Assembly: GCA_904063045.1 (NCBI GenBank)
Contig: CAJFCJ010000019.1
Coordinates: 2,982,684 to 3,046,683 of the forward strand
DNA: 64,000 nucleotides
Source: Dimorphilus gyrociliatus
Taxonomy: Eukaryota > Animalia > Annelida
Reading direction: 5' to 3'
Position numbers and translations under genes: made by a program
Notes under the pieces: model-generated
The model's database searches: none
The model's input: only the letters and a program-made list of their open reading frames with translations
What the model was told of the DNA's origin: nothing
Shown: positions 39,789-51,917 of the stretch, in pieces
How positions within the stretch are numbered: the first letter of the stretch is position 1
Layout of the letters: each line of letters begins with the position of its first letter

Positions 39789-40196
39789 ATGGCGCCAAAG
39801 AGGAAAAGAGGTCTCAAGACAAAATCAACTGAAGAAGTCGAAGATCTCGCTCATAATAACCAGTCAGTAGAAAGAGATGACTCTTTAGCAAAGAAGAAAA
39901 AAGTCGACGGTACAATAACAGTGTTAATAGAGCATTGCAAATCTTGACGGGTGTATGGTCGCAAAGCGGCCGCCATTATAGAGTTTTTAAGAGCTGATGA
40001 AGACTTAAGTATTGATGAGGTATTAATAAATCAGGAAAAACCCAAACGAGGAGCTTTTGAAATTTCTATTCAAGACTCGGAAGGAAATACCCATAATGTT
40101 TGGACTGGGTTGAAGAAAGGACCTCCCAGAAAGCTAAAGTTTCCTGAACCCGAAATAGTTCTAAATGAAATTAAAACATTGCTCGAGGGCAAGTAA
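39789..40196 (+). CDS. SELENOH: Selenoprotein H, intronless, 135 aa, with in-frame UGA = Sec at 39945-39947 (CKSU redox motif)
   Basis: ATG at 39789 reads MAPKRKRG...VLIEHCKS-TGA-RVYGRKAAAI...KPKRGAFEI...VWTGLKKGPPRKLKFPEPEIV, matching SELENOH. SECIS element 30 nt after the TAA. Confidence 0.96.
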
Positions 40197-40225
40197 GCTA
40201 GTTTAATTAAATGAACTTTGAAAAC

Positions 40226-40299
40226 TGTCTTTTTGAATTTATGACGGTTTAAAGTGAAAGCATAAGAAGCTTTTTACCTGATAGTGCTTCATAAAGACA
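40226..40299 (+). promoter_or_regulatory. SECIS element in the SELENOH 3' UTR
   Basis: Helix I TGTCTTT-T-TGAA / TTCA-T-AAAGACA. Core ATGA (40241-44) opposite TGAT (40279-82). Helix II GGTTTAAAGT / GCTTTTTACC (8 of 10 paired). Apical AAA at 40257-59. Confidence 0.9.
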
Positions 40300-40730
40300 C
40301 ATTTCAAAATTTCATAAATTATACTTCCCTTAAATTTTATTGTGTAACATATTTAAAAATAAAACATTTGCATTGTAAACAAACTTCACAAAAAAATTGG
40401 TTTTGTTTATCCTCCTCCAAACTAGTAAAAGCAGTAATAAAGACAAAAAAAAAGACTGGGAATGTAAAAAGTCTGAATGGTTTTTATGTGTGTAACTACA
40501 CTTTAAAAAAAAACATTGCATTTTAGAAAACTACTCATTCATTGGTAAAGAACATGATAAAACTCAGTAAAGTAAAATTTCAAAGGTTTTATAGAACGAT
40601 AAAAGTGTTGATATATGTTGTTAGAGCGTTTGGAGTATATTATTTTGATAATATGTTCTGGACAGATAATTAATTTTTTTTTTAAACTAAATGAAGTAAA
40701 AAAGATTCGAAAGTTTTCTGCTAATATAAA

Positions 40731-41917
40731 TTAACAATTTGCTAGGGCTACTGGTCTTTTTAAAACAAATAAACCATCTTTTGTATGGATGGGATTCCCT
40801 GAAGTAACATAATGCCTAATTAAATGACTGATGGAATTGAATGCCTGTGTTTTTGTGCGAACTATTCCATTCGGGTCTACGAGAAGAAGGTGGCGTACTG
40901 TGTGATTATGTTTTCCGCTTAATACGTACTGACCAATGCAATTTGAAGTTAATCTAACGAGAAAATCCCCATCTTCTTTTAAAAGCTCCTCTGCTTGACT
41001 TCTTGAAATGTTTCCATGAAACCACTCTTCATTTGTAGGATCCCCGGCACCAATGCAGCCTTCGAGTGTAAAAGGCTCCATCCCAAAGTCATCTGTTGAA
41101 TTATGAACTACCTCAGTTGGTGTTTCAGTTGGCTTATGATCGTTATTATCGTTTCCTTTATCTTCGTCAACTTCGTTAGTGAGAGGCGGTGCACTTGGTT
41201 CAGCAACGTAGCAATTACCGACAGCCCTAGAATCGATCATAGCTAAACCTAGAAACTGTTTGTATCGTAATTCGAAAGCCTGACCAAGGGTATTTAATAT
41301 ATCATGAGATGATTTGTTTCCACATTCTAAAATGTGACAGAATCGCCCCCGAATAACGTCTTTGGATACAATTGTCACAAAGTCTAAATCATTATCTCCA
41401 CTTGATGTAAATGATACAGAATTTAAAGGGTATAAACCTATAGATCTCTGATTATCCAAAGATATTAGTTGGATAGTTTCAGTATCTATTATTACTTGAC
41501 AATTACTTCCTGCATTTGTCATATCAGGGGTATCTTTGATTATATCAGTTAAACTTTTGTCAATTTTTTTCGTACTTGATGATCTCATACCGGCCGCAGA
41601 AGTTACTATGATTGTGCACTGTCTAAAGTTTTAGTGAATGCTTAGCTTTGATTAAGAGAAAAACTATTCCCTATGCTTACTTTGTCACAGCTTTTCGAGT
41701 CTCAAATGACATTGATCGCATGCTCTGAGTAATTTCCAAACACCCCATGTACTTAAAAATAGTTAAATTCAATATTTATTTCAATATTTACACCAATTTC
41801 ACTTACTCTAACTGGATATGACACTCCATTGCCAGGTAAGAGCTGATGATCTTGATGTAGCCAACCTCCTATTGGCTTATTTCTAAAACTACCATCATCG
41901 TTCCACTGATTTGACAT
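40731..41917 (-). CDS. SHC1: SHC adaptor (PTB-CH1-SH2), 357 aa. Exons 41917-41807, 41751-41681, 41622-40731
   Basis: FRNKPIGGWLH, VSYPVRYMGCLEITQSMR, CHILEC, TLGQAFELRYKQFL, WFHGNISR, GDFLVR, HLLLVDPNGIVRT. Pre-duplication invertebrate SHC; the symbol denotes the family. Confidence 0.93.
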
Positions 41918-42340
41918 TTTATCTTCGGTCCCAAATGAAAAAAATAATTTCCAACAAAGAAGATTTACATAAAGAATGAATAAAACAAATTAAGAAGTTT
42001 TGTATCGTTGTATGAGTAAATCAAGTTTTAGTGCCTTCTCAAGAAGGAAAAGGGAATATGTCGTGACATAGGTAGTTGATTACTGACTGCAAGAAGTTTA
42101 AACACTAATAATATTTTTCCAAAAAATTATTTTTTTAAATAAAGCTTTGAAAAGACGTTTACTTGAAGAATTCAGAAAATAGTTTAAAATATATACGAAA
42201 AAGAGTAGTAAACACAATATCCGGAAGTCGAAAGTAATCAGCCAATGAGCTTAAACCGTAGTTATTTTCAAGACGTTTTGCGCTCAAGAGGGAGAAAGTA
42301 TCACTAAAACAAGACAGAAACTTAATTCCTTTACCTTATC
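41918..42340. promoter_or_regulatory. Bidirectional promoter between SHC and CKS
   Basis: Divergent ATGs 423 bp apart. CCGGAAGT (ETS, 42221-42228) and GCCAAT (42241-42246). Confidence 0.6.
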
Positions 42341-42661
42341 ATGTCTCACAACGGCTTTTATTATTCAGAAAAGTACTGCGACGACCTTTATGAGTACAGG
42401 TTTGTATTGTGTTCTGAATACATAACTAGAAATCTACAGAATATTTACCGCCATTTCAGGCATGTTGTGGGACCGAAAAACATTGGAAAAATGATAACGA
42501 AAGCCAAGCTTTTAACGGAAGCTGAATGGAGAAAACTAGGGGTACAGCAGAGTCAGGGTTGGGAACATTATGCAGTTCATAATCCAGAGCCCCATATTCT
42601 ACTTTTTCGTCGTCCCTTGACCCACCCGAATGCCGGACCGAAGAAAATTGAAGGCAATTAA
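42341..42661 (+). CDS. CKS1B: Cyclin-dependent kinases regulatory subunit (CKS1/2 family). Exons 42341-42399 and 42460-42661
   Basis: [46 protein letters not shown]. 60-nt GT-AG intron at 42400-42459. The symbol denotes the family. Confidence 0.93.
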   Translation: MSHNGFYYSEKYCDDLYEYRFVLCSEYITRNLQNIYRHFRHVVGPKNIGKMITKAKLLTEAEWRKLGVQQSQGWEHYAVHNPEPHILLFRRPLTHPNAGPKKIEGN

Positions 42662-42961
42662 ACTTTGTGAAAGATCAATTCTCGGACTATTCGTTTTATG
42701 TGTTTTCCCATTCTTTTGTATTTATCCATTGCGTAAATTACAATAGATAATTTGCTGCTGTAAAGAAATTGTATGTTTTAAGTTAAATCCGTAAGATGGC
42801 ATTACTTTTCTATTTCTCCTCTGGTGTTTGAAACCCGCTGGCACCACTCGTCAGCCGGAAGAATGCTTATGGAATGTTTAGTTAGTACGAGGCTACAAGC
42901 GTAGACTGACTAAAGCGCGTTTTCGGTGCATTTCGTTTTACAGTCAAAAATAAAAAGAAAT

Positions 42962-44396
42962 ATGAATCCTTCTCGTCAAGTTATTGATGTAGAACTACAT
43001 AAAGGCTCACCTTCGGATCCATGGGGATTTCGGCTACAAGGGGGATACGATTTTCCTAACCCTCTATCCGTTCAAAGAGTAAGTACCAACTTCTAAAAGA
43101 ATTTAGTTGAATCAGCAAAATATGTTTCTGTTTTTAGATCAATTCGAATAGTGTTGCTGAGCAATATGGGCTAAAGGAAGGAGATGTTGTATTGGCTATT
43201 AACGGACTTTCAACAGATAACATGACACATGAAATGGCAAAAAGAGAAATATTGAATGGGGGATTAAATTGTCTCTTTAGAGTGGAACGTTCTGTTGTGA
43301 CAACTTGGAAGCCCCAAGTTGAAATACTTCACGCTGGAAAAGATTTTCTGGATAATAATCAAATGGTTCAAAAGACATCTCTTGCTAGAGATGCCCCTCA
43401 AGTAAATAATAATATTGGATCTGGTCATAATCGCAGTGCAAAACCTTTTCCCAGCAATATGGGATTAGTGAACAATCAGTACAATTCACCTCTTGGCTTG
43501 TATTCAAATTCGAACGTTGACGATGTTTTGGATGCGACGGCCGATGCTCACGCGAATAATCTTGTGAGGTATGTTTGATCAATCGATTACTATCGGGTTT
43601 TATTACCGCATATACTAGACTAAAACATTGTCAAGCGACCTTTCGGCGAATATTTATTTAACGCGCTTTCGAATCTTTATCCACTAGGCCTTTACCGAGT
43701 TTTGGCCAATCGTCCCAGGATCTAGGCTCAGCTTTTGGTAAGATGTTGTATGGAATTACAACTACCTGCATGAAATAACTAACAATACTAGCTAGACACA
43801 GTGTTTTTTTTCTTTTACCGAATGTAAATATTCATATTAATATCAACAGTACAAACCCAAATGGTAACAGTCAAGAAGCGAAATGCTTCAAAAATAGTCA
43901 CGTTCTTGATGCATTACGTGAAATAGATGGGAATGATTCTGAAGTAACCCCACCTAGTGATCGAAAACCCCGACAAAGTTTAACATTTTCTTTATTAGAA
44001 CGTGAGTTGGAAAACCCCGGTTAGTTTGATGTGTTTTTATGCTGTTCAAGTAGACTTGCAAGAAAAATGTCCATGAATTCTCTTGATATAGGTTCTGTTC
44101 AAAGCGAGCCAGGTTTTCGACGCGTTCAAGCTCCAACAACACAACCCCGTCAATCGGCCCCACCGCAACAAGACGCTTCGATCTGCAAAGCTTGTGGCCG
44201 CCTTATAATTGGTGTTTTTGTAAAGGTGCGTGGCAATCCTATGCATGCTGAGTGTTTCAAGTGTAGGCGCTGTGGCAAAAATTTAAAGAATGCTGGCTAC
44301 TTTGTCGTGGAAGATGAATTATACTGTGAAGCTGATGCTCAGCAAGTTGCAACTCCCCCTCAACCTGGAATGGTGGCTAGTGCTGTTTACAAATGA
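42962..44396 (+). CDS. PDZ and LIM domain protein of the ALP/PDLIM subfamily (PDZ, ZM motif, one LIM). Exons 42962-43078, 43138-43568, alternative 43688-43737 / 43850-44001 (or -44019), 44092-44396
   Basis: PWGFRLQGGYDF PDZ, QYNSPLGLYS Zasp-like motif, GFRRVQAP, single C-terminal LIM CKACGRLIIG...HAECFKCRRC...LYCEAD. Confidence 0.92.
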
Positions 44397-44486
44397 TTAT
44401 CGTTAACGGTCGCTGATTGTACCTTATAGGGTATACTCAACATTTAAGAAAATCATTATGCATACTATGCAAATTATCTATACAAA

Positions 44487-44510
44487 ATATATATATATAT
44501 ATATATATAT
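44487..44510. repeat. (AT)12 microsatellite
   Basis: Read directly from the sequence. Confidence 0.95.
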
Positions 44511-45447
44511 TAATATTAATATATTATACATATATATTTATATTAAATGTATATTCGGTGCTTTACAATACACAATAGCAAATAAAAGATTAATTGTAAC
44601 AAAACGGGACTCACAGCAGAGTATTTTATATCTTTCATAGGTCATGTAAAAAAGCAATTGATAAAATTTAAGTGCATATTAATAATACGATAACAAAATA
44701 GATTCCTAATGCTGTTATTTTAGCTAATGCTCTAAATGACATCTTGGAACTCGTCTTTTGTTTGGAATCCATGGCAAACAGGCCATGTTACAAACATTGG
44801 TTTATTTTTTGTCATACATATCACACTAATTGAAGTCAATTATACATCTGTCAACCGCAACAAACTTTTATAACGTAAAATTTCATGTTTGATGATGTTG
44901 AAATGAAAAGTGCAGCCCGTCTTAACAAGCAGTCGTAACCTAAATGGAACGATTGATAAATATATACTTTATATATACAGTATATATAAATAAATATGTA
45001 TATATACATACATATATACATATATATTTATGTATATTTCATATTACTGTGTATAAGTGAAAAATAAATCTTTAAAAATCATCTACAACAACCGATAAAA
45101 TTCATATAATGTTTTGGGTCGAAAGAGACAAACAGTGGAAAATACGTGGACCACAGTTATTTTACGTCGATTTAGTCTATTTACAGGCAAGTAAATCTCA
45201 AAATTACATAAATATGTACAAGGCACAAAATCACACCATCTGCCGTACATCGTGTTCAAGACAAAAATTTTGAGTATATATATAACACAAGAATTCATAA
45301 ACTTTGAGCAGCAGGTCGTCCAAAAACTGGCTATACCTACGCTTGCTACGAGTAGAAGACTGTATAAAACACGTAATTTACTGTTCTATTAACGAGCAAT
45401 AACCGGTCATAAAAATTGTTTTAAATTTCTAACTGTATGTTACACTG

Positions 45448-47583
<2,136 letters not shown>

Positions 47584-49266
47584 ATTGAGACAACGAAAGC
47601 ACGCCGTTTTTAATCCTTAAAGTCTTCGTCTTCAAATAAATGCACAGTTTTTTTTTAATAGATTAGCACTATTATTGGTGGCATAGAAACTGTTCTAACA
47701 TCTCTTTTTATACTTCCGCTTGCCGCCTTCGATTTTCGTTTCGCTGCGAGTAGATGGGATCAGACGGACGAACGATTTTTATGGCACTTTGAGCAGCGAT
47801 TCCTTATGGAATGTTCCCGATCTGATTCGAAGGTATTTCCTTAATATTTGCCTCTTTCTATATACGACGCATGGTGCTCCTGCTGATTCCTTAGACACTA
47901 ACAACTAGGTAGCGCTGATTTACCGGAAGCAGCCTCGTAACCTTAGTAATCTTCCGCGAACATAGAGCATTATATACTTGCTCATAGTCTTCTGTTATAA
48001 ATTGCTAAAATTTACAGTATATCGAAAGTTAAATATGTAAATACTGTAGAAAATAAATCCTATTCTAATGTAATCTTTATAGTCTTTACTACAATTTAAC
48101 TACGCGTATTAATATTTAAACAGTGAAGGGTGATGCCTTTTGCGAATGAATAGTAATCATAATATAGTTTTCTTAAATTATCATGACACTTTTCTCCAAG
48201 TTGTGCCTTACTATTTTTACCAATTTATAAGATGAGACGAGCATTTAAAGCAAACACTTCCATTCCATGAGATTGGAATATTTAATATGATTTGAGCGAT
48301 AATTAATAGACAAAGAGTACGCACGCAATAAGTAAAACAAAGGTCAAAGCAACGCTTACAAAAATGTCTATTTGATGACGGAAGAATTACTCATTTCCTT
48401 TTAGGTATTAATAAGTTTCATTCGTACACTTCCTAAATAAATTCGGTGACTAAGTAAAATAAATTTTGCAGATTCACTACGATCTGAATTAAAAGAACTG
48501 AGTAAACGAATAAAAGTAAGATCGTAACACAAGAGTGAAGCTATTTAAAAAGCATTTCAATTAAAAATGAGAGTGAAATTTTCAATATGATGGAGATATC
48601 GCTTATATCAAGCGTTATACAATCTGCCATTTCTGCTATCGGTAAAAAGAACACTTGATGAGATAATGAGAGCTGATTAAAGCATGGCGCCGACATAAGC
48701 TGCTTGTAGACAAGCAATACACCTCTCTTACAAATTTTCAATATCATTAAAAGCCTTTTTATAATTTTTGTTTTTATATTTTATTTCACTCAAGAATGTT
48801 TAATTACCTTGTACGGTTTTTATTAAAATTTTTTCTCCATAAAAAGACAACAACGGACCTAAAACTACGAATGTTTGTAATAAATAGATTTATTTATTTA
48901 AGATATTTCATGACATTTTTAACTATTTATCTTTTAAAAAAGCATTAGATTGTAATTTCTACATGGAGATAAAATAAGAGAATAAAGTACTTTAGATTTA
49001 TTTAGCAATAATTCTCGAACACCTGTATTTTCTAACAAAGTATTATAGTATTAATTATTAATAAGGTGGATTAAAAAACAAAAAAAGGTAAATCAACATT
49101 TTTATAGGATTTGCTTAAAAATTTTAACAAAGTAACTTGAAAACGTCATATTTCCAGTACAAATTGCATTTCACATAGAATATCTAAAGCGCCATCTATG
49201 AACTAAATAAAAAAGATTTTACACTTGGCAGTTTAAGCTTATTTTCTTTTATTTCTTTTATTATTT

Positions 49267-51616
49267 TTAGTTCAATCTTTCGCATATATCCGATGCTTTT
49301 TCGTTTCTCGATTCAAGCTTTGCTATACGGGAACCGAACTGAATGAATAAGTAAAGACAACATTAATAAACTGTATCAGATGTTAATAATTTGCACATTC
49401 AAAGTCATATTCTAAATATATTTATATATATTCTAATTATTTAATTACATAAAAAATTACCGATGAATTGAGAAAAAAAAACAAAAGACTTACTTGTATC
49501 GCTCTCTTAACGAACAAGGAACACTCTTGTAAACCCAGTTGAATAGCTGCTAAACGTAAAAGTAGTTTATCCCCGATTCCTTTTTCTTGATATAAATTGG
49601 TCTTAACAAAAGGTATAATTATAATATGGTACTTTTACACAAATATCTTTGTAATTATTACCTTTTTCCATATAGGTAATGAGTTTAGAAAGCTAACTAC
49701 TCCCTCGTCAAGGAACGGAAATCTAGCTTCCTTTCCATGATCAGTTATTATTCTGTTAAAATATATAAAGCAAATCAATGATTGATGGGTATGGTGTGTT
49801 CAGTAAAAATAGTCTATACCTATCATCTCTACCAAGGTTTCTCGCTGATATTCTTCTAATATCCATATCTACCTCTTTCGCTAAGTTATCCCAATTTCCA
49901 TTACTGTTATAGAAAAACATTATGTATAATGATATCTCTTCATATGGCACTCAAACAACTTAAACTTCATTCTATGACGGGAATAGCCGGCCAACTGTTC
50001 ATCCGAACCCATTCCAGTTAGAATGACACGAGCAGATGACTTATACAATTTTTCGCCAACACAACCTATCCCATTTGCTGCAAACCAGATGGCACATGCT
50101 ATTGAATCGTCTAAAACAGTACGTAAAGGTTTTATTAAGTTAGCAATAGTGGATTGTCTTGCTTCTCTTAGATCTGAAAGTGAGACGTCAACCTGGAAAA
50201 TATGATACTTATTGCAGGATTAGTACACTAAAAGATTGCTGTTACCGTAATAAAATTAAATTTTCTATTTGGATACATTTTCTGCAGTTGTTTAAAGCTT
50301 TTTAAACCAGTTAATCTATCTGGAACTGAATAACTGTTGTCAGCTGAGAAGGCAACGTTTATTAAGTCGATTGCTTCATTTTCAACTAAATGTGAATGGC
50401 ATAGTGCGGCTATTATAAGGGAGTCAATACCACCGGAAAACAATACGGCAATTTTTGCGTGTTCACAGTTCCTATTATTTTCCTTTATACAATTCCCACA
50501 GAGATTCTGATGATTAGAAATCCTTATTCGAACAGAATCCGATAACTTTTGAAGAAGGCTGTTGGACATTGTCCAATAATCTTCTGAAATGATTGATGTT
50601 AGATCATCGATTGTGGAAATATCTCGTTTAGCACATTGTTTTAAGTTTATATCATCTAATTCAGTCGGCAGATCAAAATTGAATTTATCAAAAGGAGGAA
50701 TGAGCTTTTCTGTTTGTATATCACAAAAATGTTTATTTTTTTCGTATAGTGAATCTTCAGCAAACAATCTCTCTTCATTGATATGTGACCAAGGAAATAA
50801 TTTCGGCTTGTTTGAAGAGTTTACCGATAGACAATACAGACCCAGAGAAGCAACTTCGGTATAATCTACATCCTAAAAGATTAACAATAAAATTTATTTA
50901 ATTAGATTTACTAATCTTTAGAAAAGAGTTATTAGTATTAACTGGATTAACAGCAACTGACGAAAAGCATATCGATTTATCTTGAAATGAATATAAAAGG
51001 CTTCTTCTCCCTAATGAATCTCTACCAAACCAGAGCTGAGACTTTGAATGCTATAAATGTGCATGTATATACAGTATATATATAGTTTTTTAAATCAATA
51101 AAAACTGTTTAGATACCTGCCAATATAGAAATGACCATGGGCCTTTTATCATTGAAAATATATGTAATATTTCATCATTGGTAATTGCTTTTGATAGGAT
51201 ATCTAATAGTTTCTTAGAGTCATTCTCCCCTTTTTCTATCTATTTTATGGTAAATTGCAAATAAAATATTGAAATTAATATAAGAATGTTTAGGATAGAA
51301 ATTACATTGATTCCTCCAAAAATTTCCCCATTCCACAATAATATATTTCCTAGATTATCTTCTAATGGCTGTTTTGTTAAATTTCCCTGCATTTGTAAGA
51401 CACTCCCAAAAAAATGTAGGCAGTAAGCTGAATTATGAATTGATTTTTCTAACCAACTGTCTGGCCCTCTCTTCTTCAGACAATCGAAATTTAATTTGGG
51501 CTGTAAAAATTTAGATTAAATTAAGTATCTTTATTGTTCTTTTTACAATTAGTTACAATATCGGATCTGCAAACATCACCCCCTCCATAAAAGATTACTA
51601 AGCAAATGCCACACAT
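49267..51616 (-). CDS. ASNSD1: Asparagine synthetase domain-containing protein 1 (multi-exon)
   Basis: N-terminal MCGIC (Ntn Cys), [67 protein letters not shown]. Confidence 0.95.
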
Positions 51617-51917
51617 TTCTTGATAATAGAAATTTGGTTACAGAGAAAAGCCTCTGCTTGCATTAAACGGCATGAAATGAAGTAGGCTGATTTTTTGGTA
51701 AAATATTACTTTCATACCAGTTCCCATTGCTCCTAAGCAACGGAAGCAAATTCATAGAATACAATAACTCAGCAATATCGTTCATGAGCGGTCGAAGAAT
51801 ATATATTTATTGACGTTTGATTAAAATGCGAGCTTAGTCTTTGATATTCCATTTTGCTTTCACCAGTATCATTGATAATTCAGCCACTAATTGCTAATTT
51901 AGTAAAGAGCAACAAAA

